Part shown: positions 44,693 to 56,112 of the stretch, in pieces
How positions within the stretch are numbered: the first letter of the stretch is position 1
How the letters are laid out: every line of letters starts with the position of its first letter
Assembly: GCA_965263355.1 (NCBI GenBank)
Contig: CBDHHL010000025.1
Span: 64,001 to 128,000 of the forward strand
Direction of reading: 5' to 3'
Source: Leptolyngbyaceae cyanobacterium
Lineage (GTDB): Bacteria; Cyanobacteriota; Cyanobacteriia; Phormidesmidales; Phormidesmidaceae
Length of the DNA: 64,000 nucleotides
Position numbers and translations under genes: made by a program
The notes under the pieces: model-generated
Database searches by the model: none
Told to the model about the DNA's origin: nothing
What the model saw: the letters and a program-made list of their open reading frames with translations, nothing else

Positions 44693-45499
44693 ATGGAAAC
44701 GATAGACTTCTTTACAAAGCCTCAGTCGACCACGCATCGTCAGTATGAGGCCCTCCGTGCGTTCTATGTCGAGGGCCAATCAGCCGCAGAGGTGGCAGCG
44801 GCATTTGGCTATACGGTTTCATCGTTTTATTCGCTCAATCGAGACTTTAAACAACGACTGGAGACGTCTGAGGCGAGTGAACAATTCTTCGCAAATCCCG
44901 TAAAAGGGCGCAAACCAAAGGACGTCACCGGTACGGTTGAGGCACTCATTATCCAGTTACGTCAACAATCTCTGTCAGTGTCTGATATCAAGGCAACCTT
45001 GGATGCGCAATCCTATCGTGTTTCTGAGAGCACTATTTACACAGTACTCAAACAAGCCGGATTTGAACGATTGCCTCGACGCTCCCGTAACCAAAGCCGT
45101 GCAGCGTTATCATCGCTAGAACTGAGTGCACCGACCAGCAAACCGCTGATGTACCTCAATGAGACATTTAGTACGCAACACAGTATCGGGTTATTAGGAT
45201 TGTTACCCTATTTGCAACAGTATGGAATTGACCAAGTGATTGTCAATTCTGATTACCCTGAAACCCAAGCCGTGAATCGATTAAGCTCTATCTTGAGTTT
45301 TGTTGCCTTGAAACTATCCAATATTCGACGCTACGGGGCCGATGATCTGTGGTGTATGGATCGGGGATTAGGGTTGTTTGCGGGGCTCAATGTACTGCCC
45401 AAAACCGCCTGGTTTTCCGCCTATTCGTATCGGGTTAGTCGGGCGATGAATCACACCTTTCTCAAAGCCTTAAACGGCATTTGGCACGTTTATGGGTAG
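44693..45499 (+). mobile_element. Truncated transposase (N-terminal HTH part)
   Basis: RQYEALRAFYVEG..AAEVAAAFGY and VSESTIYTVLKQAGFERLPRR HTH segments; no DDE domain seen. Confidence 0.6.
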
Positions 45500-45753
45500 C
45501 AGGACCTTTTGAAGGCATTGGGTCAGTTAGGCAAAGTGACTAAACAGGATAACTTATGACTGGTTATAGCCCTAACCTAACCGGTAGTTATAAGTTTGAA
45601 ACGATAATCAACAAAGGCTTTAGACCTGATCCCTACCTACAGGTATAGATTTACAGGTGGTCATAAGTCTGAAACCTTTGTAAATCAAGGGCTACAAAAA
45701 TACCAATAAGGGCTTTACAGCAACGACCTGGTCTCAAGGAACATAGGGACAAG

Positions 45754-45996
45754 TTGAATTCTGGAGCTATTCCAATGTCCCATCGCCGTCGTCGTCACCA
45801 TCATCGTGAAATCCGCACCGAGCTGATATTGATCATGCTGCTCTTACTGCGCCTTAGCCTTCAGGGAATGTGTTTTGCCCTAGAGTTTATTGACCTACAA
45901 CCCACTGCTCCATCTGCAACCGATTCTGCTCCTGAAGAAATCACCATTGAGCAATGTCCGTTTCAGGTTGTTATTCCCTTACCTCCAAACAAATAA
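45754..45996 (+). CDS. Small hypothetical protein (Arg/His-rich N-terminus, hydrophobic stretch)
   Basis: GGAG upstream of internal ATG (MSHRRRRHHH). Confidence 0.35.
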   Translation: MNSGAIPMSHRRRRHHHREIRTELILIMLLLLRLSLQGMCFALEFIDLQPTAPSATDSAPEEITIEQCPFQVVIPLPPNK

Positions 45997-46086
45997 CCCT
46001 TTGTAATTGTTTCTCGTGAATCTGTGTAGGTGCAATCCTACTTTGATTTAGCTAGAATGCTACAATAACAAAACTGTAAAACTGCA

Positions 46087-48927
46087 TCATAACCAATTAC
46101 CAACTAGGACAAACGCGGACCAGTAATAGGGATGTTTGTATTGAGGATCTTCAATTAAACTAAGCTGAGCTTGCTGCAAAATTTTAGCTTTAGTATCACT
46201 GGTATCTCTCAACTGTTTGTAAAATTGTTGCATTAACAGCGATGTTCCTTCATCATCCACCTTCCAAAGACTAGCTAGTGTACTACGAGCACCGGAACGA
46301 ACGGCAATTCCTGCTAATCCTAGGGCAGCCCGATTATCACCCACTGCGGTTTCACAGGCACTGAGGACTAAAAGTTCCACAGCTTGTTGCTTACCAATTT
46401 CACTAACCTGTAATAATTCACTGAGTTGGTTTGCATTAATACGATCATCCCAGGTAACTACAAATGTCTCATCCAAATCAGAACTAAATTCACCGTGGGT
46501 AGCCAGATGGACAACAGGAAAGGAATTACGGGTCAACTTTTGCTCAAATGAGGTATTTAGAAAGTTATCATTGAGTAGTACGCTGCTGCCGGGAACGGTG
46601 TCGCGGATCGTTTCAACTTCTGTCTCTACATTGGGTAGAGAGTTATAATTTTGACTTAATTCAGAGTCTGGATTTAATTCAGATAAGCCTGCCACCAAGG
46701 CTTTCACATTTTGCCGTTGAAGTGGTTCAGAATCGAGTAGTTGTAATCCAGGAGTTAGGGCAATTGGATAGTTTTCAATCAGGTATTTTCCTGTTTGCTT
46801 GTTCTGTAATGCTGCCATCGGCACATTGCGCAGAGCACCGTCGAGGACAAACACTAAGACATCTGGTTGAGTCTCTTCAAGCTTAGTTTCTAGGGGACGA
46901 ATTAACCAGTCATACAGTTGTTGAGATGGTTCCAAAAAACTGTCTGCTTGCGCCTGAAGGGCAGCTATCTCATCAGGATCAGCGGGAACTACATCAATAG
47001 TAGCACGGCGGGAGGCTTGAGCAGCAAAGACGTCGGCCAGGGCCTTTCGTAGCTCGTCTAAGGTGTCATTAACGGTGGCTTTATCGATGGTTGTGGTATA
47101 GCGAAGATTGCCTTGTTCGTCGGGTAGGCTCAGGAGAATTTCGAGTCGTTGATCTAAAATAATGGGATAAATAACGGCAGCCCTCTGGTCGATTTCGTTG
47201 ATTTTAATCGGGTCAGTAATCACACAGTCAGCCCGGAAGAAGTCTACCAACTCAGCGACTTGTAGGGACTCAATGGTCTCTTGGGCTTGCAGAATGTTTG
47301 TTTCTGGTAGTTCGTCATTACCTTCTTCTAGCAACAGTTCCACCAGTTGCCGATAGAGGGGTTCGACTTCGTCACGAAATGAGAATCTAAGATCTGGATT
47401 CGCGGCAATCAAATCCCGTCTGATCAAGTCCAGGGTGTCTTTAGCTTGTTGGTAGATTTCGATCGCATCCCCCGTCCGTCCTTGCTTAACCAAAATCCCC
47501 CCTAACTGAGCCTGTAGGCGATAGCGGGCCACATCAGCACGGGACTCTTCAGCAATGGTTAATGCTCGTTGAGTTGCTGTTTCTGCTTGGTCCAGTAAAT
47601 CTTGTTCTTTTTCAGGATTTACTGAGGACTGAGGACAGGTCTCTTGGGACATTGTCGGCACAGTGTCGCTGTAACATTGAGCCTGCTGCCCATAGACGTT
47701 TCCTAAGGCCCCCAACACATAGGCCTGACTTTGGTAATCGTCAAGGCTTTGGGCAAGCGCCAGGGTCTCTCCTAAAAACTCAGCCGTTTCCTTGGCCGAT
47801 AGTAAGCGAAAATCAGACTGCAAGATACTATCGACTAAATTAAGCCGCATAAAAATAGAGGCACGACTAGGGGGTAACTCTGCTAGTTCCGTTTGTATCG
47901 TTAAAACATCCTGACGTATTGTGGCCAGACCTGAGCTATCAGTTGTGTTCAGGCTTTTTGCCTTGAGAGTTAACCAGTTGATCTTGGCTTGCGATCGCTG
48001 CACCTTATCTAAGGCCAATGTAGCCGCTTCTTGATAGCTCTTAGCCGCCAATGTCGGCTGATCCTGGGCCAGATATAAATCGCCCAGGCTGATAGTAATT
48101 GCTGCTAGTAAAGAAGGGTCAGCCAACGGACGAGCAATTTCCCGACTTTCAGTAATGTATTTTTGAGCGTTTGAGGTATCGCCATTCAGTCGATAGGCCT
48201 CTCCTAGCTGTCGTAACCCTTCTGCCTTAAGGGAATCGTCCGACAACGTCTCTAAAGTTTGATATATGATTTCCAACTGCTCCAGCGTCTCACCATATTG
48301 CCCTTGTACCCGCAGTAATTTGGCCCGGTTGAGCTGTGTTTTTAATTCCCCGGCGGTGTCGTTGCTGGCCTGATACGCTACGATGGCCTGCTGCAGCCAG
48401 CTTAATGCAGTCGATAGGTCTCCCTGGGCGGTCGCTAGCTGACCATAGGTGCTCAAAATTTGGGCCTGAATGCGAGAATTCGATTGAGTTTGAATCAGGT
48501 CGTAAGCGGTTGCGATCGCATTCTCTGCCGCCGTATAATCGCCTAGTTTAATGTAAGCCAGAGCTAAGTTGCTTAAAGCACTGGCTTGTTGGGTCGGTTG
48601 TTGTCGGGTTTTATAGGTGTTAGCGGCTTGTTGCCAGGCTTGGGCAGCAGAAGCATATTGACCCAGCTGATACAGTTCTTGACCCAGCTGCATGGGTGCT
48701 CGTTGGGCTTGGGCAATGGTTTGGACAGAGGCTAAACCGTAGGTTGTTAGGGGGGGAACACTAATGAAAAATAATGCACCTAGCAGCACAATCAGCCAGA
48801 ATCGCAAAAAAGTAGGCATTCTAGGTACTTTAAAGCGTAAGAACGTTCTCCAGCTATCGTTAGAAAATTGCATAAATCCCCACCCAAAAATCACAATAAA
48901 AATGCCATGCTTGCCTAAACGAGTCAA
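46087..48927 (-). CDS. TPR-CHAT (caspase-like) domain protein
   Basis: TPR repeats; HLATHGEF and LSACETA dyad; HPYYWSAFVLVGNW; start uncertain. Confidence 0.92.
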   Translation of the reverse strand: MTRLGKHGIFIVIFGWGFMQFSNDSWRTFLRFKVPRMPTFLRFWLIVLLGALFFISVPPLTTYGLASVQTIAQAQRAPMQLGQELYQLGQYASAAQAWQQAANTYKTRQQPTQQASALSNLALAYIKLGDYTAAENAIATAYDLIQTQSNSRIQAQILSTYGQLATAQGDLSTALSWLQQAIVAYQASNDTAGELKTQLNRAKLLRVQGQYGETLEQLEIIYQTLETLSDDSLKAEGLRQLGEAYRLNGDTSNAQKYITESREIARPLADPSLLAAITISLGDLYLAQDQPTLAAKSYQEAATLALDKVQRSQAKINWLTLKAKSLNTTDSSGLATIRQDVLTIQTELAELPPSRASIFMRLNLVDSILQSDFRLLSAKETAEFLGETLALAQSLDDYQSQAYVLGALGNVYGQQAQCYSDTVPTMSQETCPQSSVNPEKEQDLLDQAETATQRALTIAEESRADVARYRLQAQLGGILVKQGRTGDAIEIYQQAKDTLDLIRRDLIAANPDLRFSFRDEVEPLYRQLVELLLEEGNDELPETNILQAQETIESLQVAELVDFFRADCVITDPIKINEIDQRAAVIYPIILDQRLEILLSLPDEQGNLRYTTTIDKATVNDTLDELRKALADVFAAQASRRATIDVVPADPDEIAALQAQADSFLEPSQQLYDWLIRPLETKLEETQPDVLVFVLDGALRNVPMAALQNKQTGKYLIENYPIALTPGLQLLDSEPLQRQNVKALVAGLSELNPDSELSQNYNSLPNVETEVETIRDTVPGSSVLLNDNFLNTSFEQKLTRNSFPVVHLATHGEFSSDLDETFVVTWDDRINANQLSELLQVSEIGKQQAVELLVLSACETAVGDNRAALGLAGIAVRSGARSTLASLWKVDDEGTSLLMQQFYKQLRDTSDTKAKILQQAQLSLIEDPQYKHPYYWSAFVLVGNWL

Positions 48928-48957
48928 AGAGATTGCTAAAGCATACTAACAACGTAC

Positions 48958-51900
48958 CTAAGTCGATTCTGAGTCATAACAGCGGGTGTCAAACAAGTCT
49001 GGTGGTGTTGTCGTTGCACCACGTAGATATATCCCTCCATCAGCGGTTCTCTCCCAACCAATGGGTTCTATGATATGTTCTGGTGATTTGTTGGTTTCCA
49101 CACTATTTTCTACAAGAGGTGTTGTTTCTGAAGAACTACTCTGAACATTGGACGCGTCGGGACCAAAGTCTTCTAACAAGTTTAAATCTGTGGTTGATTC
49201 GTCGGGACTTAAGGGTAGTCCTCCTCGACCTTCAATGATAAATTCGCTATCGCTACGGCGGGCTAGTAAACTACAGCGGCGGTCAATCAGCCCGCTAGGA
49301 TCGGTAAGGTCGATAGGTAAATCAGTAGCGCCTTGATCAGTGGCTAAATCAGTAAGGTCAAGACCACCAGGGTTACCAAAGGCAGAATCCGCTGAAATAT
49401 CTACTCGGTCATTGGTGCGAAAGGGTTCAAAACTACCAGGATTGCGCCCCACTGGGGTGGCTTGGCCACTGGCAAAAATCCCGGCAAGAAATGCGGGGGT
49501 ATTGATAACAATATCTCCACCGGGACCAAATTCAGCATTGGCAAGAATATCACTGTTTTCAATGGCGACAAAGGCACCCCCAGCTTGAATTTCAATGTTA
49601 CCACCACCACCTGTGCTATCAAAAACACTAGTACTGAGGAGGCTACCATTGCGGAGAAATACCACACCCTGACGGGGAACAGGCGCGTTAATGGTAATGT
49701 TGCCACCACCTGAAAGGTCCGAGTTTGCAGATACTTCACCCGCATCTACATAAAAACGATCACTGACATTGACATCAATATCGCCTGCGAAGCCAGTTCC
49801 CAAGGCTTGGCTGACAATCTGAGCCTGATTATTGAGATCTAGCTGCTGGGTAGATAGTTCTATATCACCACCATTCCCGGTACTGTCGATAGTACTGATT
49901 GATGTAAGGCCGCTAAATATTCTAGTAACCTCATCAGGATTGTCAACAACACTTCTAAAATCATCCACTTCAGGAAAGATGGAGGCTAACTGATCAAAAA
50001 GTTCAGGGTTCTCGATAAATGCTCTAAATACAGGATTTACAGCCCAAATTTCGAGTATTTCTTCATTGGTAATATCGATGAAACCACTAATAGTAATAGA
50101 TTCTCCCGAATTAATTTGAATATCTCCTCCATTACCAGCCGCCGCTGTACTTGCTGAGATTCGACTACCGGTCTCTACTAACAATCGCAGTGTATCAATA
50201 AAAATATCACCGGATGCGGAGTTACCCTCATTGGCAACAGTTTGTATGGCACTAAAATTTCTTAACTCCACTGCATCTGACGCATTAATGCGTATGGTGC
50301 CACCCTGGCCATTCGGGCCAAGTGCACTAGTACTAATCTCTCCCACATTGTCCAACTGTATAAGCCTAGCCGTCAACGTTAAGTCACCTGCTAGAGACCG
50401 TTCTGAAGCCTCAGAACTAAAGCTATCAGAACCAATTTGGGCACGATTCGCTATGCGAATGATATTGTTTGCTTGAATATTAAGGTTACTGCCACGGGCT
50501 AAAGATGTACTGTTACCAGTGATTGCTGAACCATTACTGACAATAATATCATTTGCCCTAATGGCTGCTACCCCTCCATCTCCCTCGGCTTCACCAACAG
50601 CAATTATGGCAATACCACCACTGTCATTAACCATTAACTGATCATCAACTTGTAGATTGAGGTTACCAATACGACCTACGGTAATAGAGCCTGCAATTTC
50701 TTCACTCTGACTTCGCGTTATATTGATCTCAGCGTTGTCTTGAATAGTCACGTTTCCAGCTGAGATAGAGACATTCCCCCCCGCACCCTCTGCAGCATTA
50801 ATAGAGAAAAGACGACTTTCGTTCTGTAGGGTTAACCCATCATCAACCTGAATATTGATATCTCCTCCATCTCCGCTACCAGCAACCAGATTAGTAAGCC
50901 GAGCCCCATTTGCTATGGTCATTTGGTTAGCTGTTATGTTGAGCTGGCTACCGGAACCTGAAGACTCTAATGCACTACCTGTATAAATGCCACTGGGATC
51001 ATCGCCATCAGATTGTACCTGGGGAGTGCTAATGGGATTGTAACGAGGATAGAGTGCCTCATCTACAGCAGTCAGAATAGTATCCGCTACCGGACCAGAA
51101 CGAATATAGTGGGTTATGCTGCCGCCTGTTTGATCGACAATTTCGGTCGCTTCACTGTTACGGTCAATCCCACCCCCAGGTCCATGAACATTTACCGCTG
51201 CAACGGTAATATTGTTATCGATCAGCGCATCAATTGCTTCTGCTCGATCAACTCGCGACTCCCGTGAGGGTTCATCCCCTAGCCAAACAATGATACGTTC
51301 TGCTTGTGGACGCCATTCAGTATCTTGGTCAGTACCAATTCCTTGATCAATATCTCCAATACCAATACCATCAGTCGGACCACCTGATGTGGCTATTTGG
51401 TGTAATGCAAAAAAGTTTGCTTCATTGGGTTCCCCAGCCCTAGATAAACAACTGTCTTCTGAGCAAGTAATAATATTACCTGAAACCCATCCGTTAATAG
51501 CCGTTCGAACAGTTTCAATATCAGCTGAAATAGGAGTTTGCTGCTGGTAGGCTCCCTCTTGCGTATCGTTGTAATGGAATAAGTAATAACCAACACCGTA
51601 GTTAACATCGGCATTGGCAAAGCGAGGGTCCCCCCCTGACAATGCATCTAAAATCAAACCTGCATTTTGTTGTACCGCTCTGATGGCCCCTCCCATACTG
51701 GCTGTGTTATCGGCTACGAAAAAAACGTCAATTTCGCCAACAACTGATGTGACTGGAATATCGGCATCAGGCAGGGGATCACCGGCTGCCTGTCCCTGAA
51801 TCAAAATCTCATCTTGAATATCCAGATTAATATCGCCTGCATCTCCTTCGGATCCAACACCTAGGCGGTTATATAGAAGCCCTCCATCTAATAAACGCAG

Positions 51901-53835
51901 ATTGCGGGCAGATACGTTAATATCTCCACCATCACCATTAGCTTCAGCAAAAACGCCATTGGTAATCGCACTATTAATTCTCACATCAGTTTCAACTAAT
52001 GGCGCATCTCGGACAACTAAGTCATTTTCTATAGTGAGGTTAATGTTGCCACTATTTCCTTCACCCAGAACGCCCGCATAAATGCCTGCACCATGGGAAA
52101 TAGTAAGATTTTCGGCATTGATATTGATATCACCACTATTTGCGATCGCACTCGATTCAACAACATTAACAATACGAGTATCATCCCCTCGCATAATCAT
52201 GTCATTGCTCAAATTAATCGTAATGTCGCCACTATCTTTAGTCCCACTCGTACTCCCATCGATCTGGGTGTGATTGTCTAACAATAGGCTACGACCGATA
52301 ATATCAATATTGCCACCAGTTCCATCACCATCCCCTAACGCTTGGATAACAGAACGCTCTTTGAGAACTATATCCCCGTCAGCCAGCAGCACTACGTTAC
52401 CGCTATCGCCACTATCGTCAGTCGATAAAGCACTCGTTCGCAATGAGCCATAGTGGTCGATAGCAATATTGTTTTGAGAGTCTAGGAAAATATCACCGCC
52501 ACCCTCGCGATTACGGGTATCAATCACCCGCACATTAATATCTCCAGACAAGGCTGAATTGGGCTGATACTGATTGGTCAAAAGCACCAATCCATCGGTC
52601 TCATCAATGTTGACCCGATCAATAGAAATATCAGCAGACGTCGCCGTATTCGCAACCGTCAAATCGTTGGGGGCAGGCGTTCCTACAATGCCTACGGCAC
52701 CCACATCGGTAGTTCCCGCCCGCACATCCAATGTAGGCTGCTGTTGCCCATTTATTGCAACACTGGTCGTCCCATCTGCCAGAGCCTGAGACAGATTAAC
52801 CGTTTCCACCAATCCGTTAGTGACATCAGCTCCCGTAATCGTAATGTTATTAGCAGTAACCGAGCCCCCAGCCAGAATATGCAATGAAGCCCCCTCGTAG
52901 TCTTCAAAGGAGACATTCCCAACACTCCGAATAATCGGATCGTTAGGACTGAGAAAACTACCGGGACTACCGTCTAACTTTTGAATCTGAAAGCTGCCCC
53001 CACTCTGGAAATGACCATCACCCACAATGGTGCCATCGGACCGTAGCGTGAGATTACCATTACTAGCCAACAGACTATTGGGCTGAGCCAGAGCATCAAC
53101 CACAATTTCATCCGTTGCTTGCACCAGCAGATCGCCCCCCGCTACCACTAACAATGGCAGCAACGTATCGTCCGTCAGGGCTGCCGTATCAGTGGCCCGG
53201 AGAACAATATCCCCATCAGCCGTCAGTGAACCAGCAATGTCAATATTCGCTGTATCTAACAGCAAATTGTCCCCCACTGCCAAGTCAGCCTGACTAGTGA
53301 TCTGACTGCGTTGGGCCGCACTATATTGCAGCCCTGGGGTGAGCCCAACGGTTAGTAACGGGGGCGTTTCAGGGGTAACAGCACTGTAGACATCACTCCC
53401 AAAATCAAATTCATCCGCCGTACTGATTACCAAAGACCCCTCAATATCTAAGGTGGCATTGGCCCCAAATACTACACCGTGAGGATTAAGAAAAAATAAA
53501 TTGGCAGGGCCATCCACACCCAATATTCCAAGAATTTCAGACGATTGGGTCCCAGTCACCCGACTCAAAATCGTGTTGATATCGGCAGGGTTAGCAAAGT
53601 AGACCCGCTGCAATTCACCAATATTAAAATCTTCAAAGCTATGGAATAGGTTTTCACCCCGCTGGGCTCCGCCTTCGATCAGATCAGCGGGGGCTCCCCG
53701 AACAATGGCAGAATTAACCTGGCTAGACTCAGCCCCAAGTGTGGTGTCTGGGGTAACTTGTGCGATCGCAACCTGCCCTATGCCCAAACTACTTGCTAAA
53801 ACGTAAGCATAAGGCACCAGAGACCATCGCATCAT
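48958..53835 (-). CDS. TpsA / filamentous-haemagglutinin-type secreted protein with an inserted vWA-like domain
   Basis: Signal peptide, NLFHSF..NPHGVVFG TPS domain, GGDINI repeats, FIIEGRGGLP C-terminus. Confidence 0.92.
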   Translation of the reverse strand: MMRWSLVPYAYVLASSLGIGQVAIAQVTPDTTLGAESSQVNSAIVRGAPADLIEGGAQRGENLFHSFEDFNIGELQRVYFANPADINTILSRVTGTQSSEILGILGVDGPANLFFLNPHGVVFGANATLDIEGSLVISTADEFDFGSDVYSAVTPETPPLLTVGLTPGLQYSAAQRSQITSQADLAVGDNLLLDTANIDIAGSLTADGDIVLRATDTAALTDDTLLPLLVVAGGDLLVQATDEIVVDALAQPNSLLASNGNLTLRSDGTIVGDGHFQSGGSFQIQKLDGSPGSFLSPNDPIIRSVGNVSFEDYEGASLHILAGGSVTANNITITGADVTNGLVETVNLSQALADGTTSVAINGQQQPTLDVRAGTTDVGAVGIVGTPAPNDLTVANTATSADISIDRVNIDETDGLVLLTNQYQPNSALSGDINVRVIDTRNREGGGDIFLDSQNNIAIDHYGSLRTSALSTDDSGDSGNVVLLADGDIVLKERSVIQALGDGDGTGGNIDIIGRSLLLDNHTQIDGSTSGTKDSGDITINLSNDMIMRGDDTRIVNVVESSAIANSGDININAENLTISHGAGIYAGVLGEGNSGNINLTIENDLVVRDAPLVETDVRINSAITNGVFAEANGDGGDINVSARNLRLLDGGLLYNRLGVGSEGDAGDINLDIQDEILIQGQAAGDPLPDADIPVTSVVGEIDVFFVADNTASMGGAIRAVQQNAGLILDALSGGDPRFANADVNYGVGYYLFHYNDTQEGAYQQQTPISADIETVRTAINGWVSGNIITCSEDSCLSRAGEPNEANFFALHQIATSGGPTDGIGIGDIDQGIGTDQDTEWRPQAERIIVWLGDEPSRESRVDRAEAIDALIDNNITVAAVNVHGPGGGIDRNSEATEIVDQTGGSITHYIRSGPVADTILTAVDEALYPRYNPISTPQVQSDGDDPSGIYTGSALESSGSGSQLNITANQMTIANGARLTNLVAGSGDGGDINIQVDDGLTLQNESRLFSINAAEGAGGNVSISAGNVTIQDNAEINITRSQSEEIAGSITVGRIGNLNLQVDDQLMVNDSGGIAIIAVGEAEGDGGVAAIRANDIIVSNGSAITGNSTSLARGSNLNIQANNIIRIANRAQIGSDSFSSEASERSLAGDLTLTARLIQLDNVGEISTSALGPNGQGGTIRINASDAVELRNFSAIQTVANEGNSASGDIFIDTLRLLVETGSRISASTAAAGNGGDIQINSGESITISGFIDITNEEILEIWAVNPVFRAFIENPELFDQLASIFPEVDDFRSVVDNPDEVTRIFSGLTSISTIDSTGNGGDIELSTQQLDLNNQAQIVSQALGTGFAGDIDVNVSDRFYVDAGEVSANSDLSGGGNITINAPVPRQGVVFLRNGSLLSTSVFDSTGGGGNIEIQAGGAFVAIENSDILANAEFGPGGDIVINTPAFLAGIFASGQATPVGRNPGSFEPFRTNDRVDISADSAFGNPGGLDLTDLATDQGATDLPIDLTDPSGLIDRRCSLLARRSDSEFIIEGRGGLPLSPDESTTDLNLLEDFGPDASNVQSSSSETTPLVENSVETNKSPEHIIEPIGWERTADGGIYLRGATTTPPDLFDTRCYDSEST

Positions 53836-54087
53836 GGGTATAACACTCCTGAAAAATTAGGGAAAATGGGTCGTTAACTCAACATCGTTACCAGGTTTAA
53901 GCAAGACGTCCTAGCATCTTCGCTCTCCATGTATATGGGGAATTCTCTTGAAATATGCGTAACTGGACAATGCGTAATTTTCCGGATAGTATCATCCTTT
54001 TTTGAAGAGGCCAAAGCTTAAAACTATGGAGCCTGTTCTTTACGGAAGCTTCATAGTTCTGAACGTATATCTACTTATTCAAGTGGC

Positions 54088-55815
54088 TCAGAAAATCTCA
54101 CCAGAAATCGTAAATAGCACCCCACTTTCCTGTAGAGAACTGCCCTCAGATGTATTGTTCAGCAATGGAAAGCCAACATCAACCCGAGCATTGATACGGT
54201 CGCCGATTTGCCACAATAGGCCAGTCCCAACGCTCAGTAAATCGTCAGGGTCTTCCCGTAAACCCTGGTTCCAGCCAATGCCATAATCTACAAAGGGAGC
54301 CAGCTGCAAGGTACTATCCCAAGCGGCGATAGTCGCTAGCGGGAAACGATATTCTAGGGAGGCAAATAAACCACTATCTGCCGTTTCGCGGTCCTGGCGA
54401 TAGCCCCGTACGCTACCCTGTCCTCCTAAACGAAACTGTTCTAGGGAAGGCAGGGATTGATTGGCAACCTGTCCCCCCAAGCGGCTGACGAGCAAATGTT
54501 TGTTGTCAAAGATTTTGACCCACTGGGCCTGTCCCTGCCAGCTCAGAAATTCACTGTCGGGCAGGGGGGATGGATTTTGGGTGGCGTCGAATATGGGTAA
54601 GCCCAGGCTAAACTGCGATCGCAATGCCAATACTTCTGTGGGTTGCCGTCTGGTCCAGACTTGCTCAAACCGCAGTGCAGACACCCGAGTTTTGCCATCC
54701 TGTGCCCCCAACGATGGAAACGGTAGCTTTTCCGCATCCGGCAACTGAAACGTACTACTAGATGTGCGTCGATCAAATGACAGGGACAGGGCCAATTCTT
54801 CGGTTGGGCGCTGAATCAGCGGGTGACGCAGAGTAACAGTAAAATTGCTAGATTCTGACCGAATATCTAGAATTTCAAAGTCATCGCTGATAATTTTGCT
54901 GTTGGTAAAACCGCCATCGAGCCGCAGTGTCGTATTGTAGGGACTAAGCGGGAGTTCATAGCTGGTGTTGATAGTATAACTGCCCGCTGTCCGGCTAAAC
55001 CCAAGGGAGAGTTCATCGCCTATCCCCAAAAGGTTATTATCGGCAACGGTTAGCTGTTGTCGAAAACTACCAACGGAGGGAGACCGGCCATTATCTACTG
55101 TGATAATCCCCTGTCTCCGTTTAGCTTCGGTTACCTCTAATTCAAGAATGCTGCTCCCTGTCTGGGTGCCTTCGGTCAGATTAGCTGAAATACTTTCAAT
55201 TAACGGATCAATTTGAAGGAGCTGTAGGGCCGTGATTAAGCGATTTACGTTGAGGGGAGCGGGGGTTGCGATCTCAATCCGACTACGGACATAACCAGAA
55301 TTCAGATGTTTTAGCCCCTCTACCTCAATCGCTTCCAAATTACCCTCAATTACCTGAATCTCAACAATACCATCCCTAATATCTTGATCAACTGGCAGAA
55401 ATGCCCCCGATGACACATATCCAGCGTCTACATAAAGATCGGTAATGGCCGCTCGAGCCTTTAAGAGTTGAGAAAACTGTATTTCACCCAAGTAAGGACT
55501 TGTTGCTGCAGCCAGTTCGTCAGGGGTAAATACCGTACTACCCAGTACTTGATAGTCTCTTACGGTAACAGTATCGAGGGTATCTAATTCTGGTGGAGCA
55601 ATCTCCCCTGTTGGGATATCAGACGATGGCAGAAGTTCATCTAATGAGGGTAATGGCTCAGGAATAGGAATTGGTTCAGGCTCAGTGGGGGGTAATGGTA
55701 AAGAATCGAAAGAAGGGGATGGTTCAGATTGAGCGGTTTGTCCCTTGACTATTAATGGGTATATCAATACTAAGAAATTTATCAGCAGAAGAGTTAAACT
55801 CTGTCGGAAAACCAT
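54088..55815 (-). CDS. TpsB (ShlB/FhaC/HecB) outer-membrane transporter
   Basis: POTRA YVDAGYVSSGAFLP, LGGQGSVRGY, terminal Phe. Confidence 0.93.
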   Translation of the reverse strand: MVFRQSLTLLLINFLVLIYPLIVKGQTAQSEPSPSFDSLPLPPTEPEPIPIPEPLPSLDELLPSSDIPTGEIAPPELDTLDTVTVRDYQVLGSTVFTPDELAAATSPYLGEIQFSQLLKARAAITDLYVDAGYVSSGAFLPVDQDIRDGIVEIQVIEGNLEAIEVEGLKHLNSGYVRSRIEIATPAPLNVNRLITALQLLQIDPLIESISANLTEGTQTGSSILELEVTEAKRRQGIITVDNGRSPSVGSFRQQLTVADNNLLGIGDELSLGFSRTAGSYTINTSYELPLSPYNTTLRLDGGFTNSKIISDDFEILDIRSESSNFTVTLRHPLIQRPTEELALSLSFDRRTSSSTFQLPDAEKLPFPSLGAQDGKTRVSALRFEQVWTRRQPTEVLALRSQFSLGLPIFDATQNPSPLPDSEFLSWQGQAQWVKIFDNKHLLVSRLGGQVANQSLPSLEQFRLGGQGSVRGYRQDRETADSGLFASLEYRFPLATIAAWDSTLQLAPFVDYGIGWNQGLREDPDDLLSVGTGLLWQIGDRINARVDVGFPLLNNTSEGSSLQESGVLFTISGEIF

Positions 55816-56112
55816 AAGTACTTATGATTATAATTGGCTGTCCTTAATAGAGAAAACTTACCATGTTTACGCTTTGCATTCCTATCCCCTGATTTCTGCT
55901 CGAAAAGCAACCAAGATAGAGCGTAAACAATATCAAAGTTTTGTCCTATGAGAGACGACCATGATTTTTCATCATCAGTTCTTAATCCCTATCTGAGTAA
56001 ACTGGAAGAAAAGGTCGTTAATACCATTGCCTGTTCGTTAACGTGGTGCCATCTCCTCTACACAAATTGATTGTGGCTATAATTGAGGTAGGTTTACATA
56101 GGAGCAGGAGGC

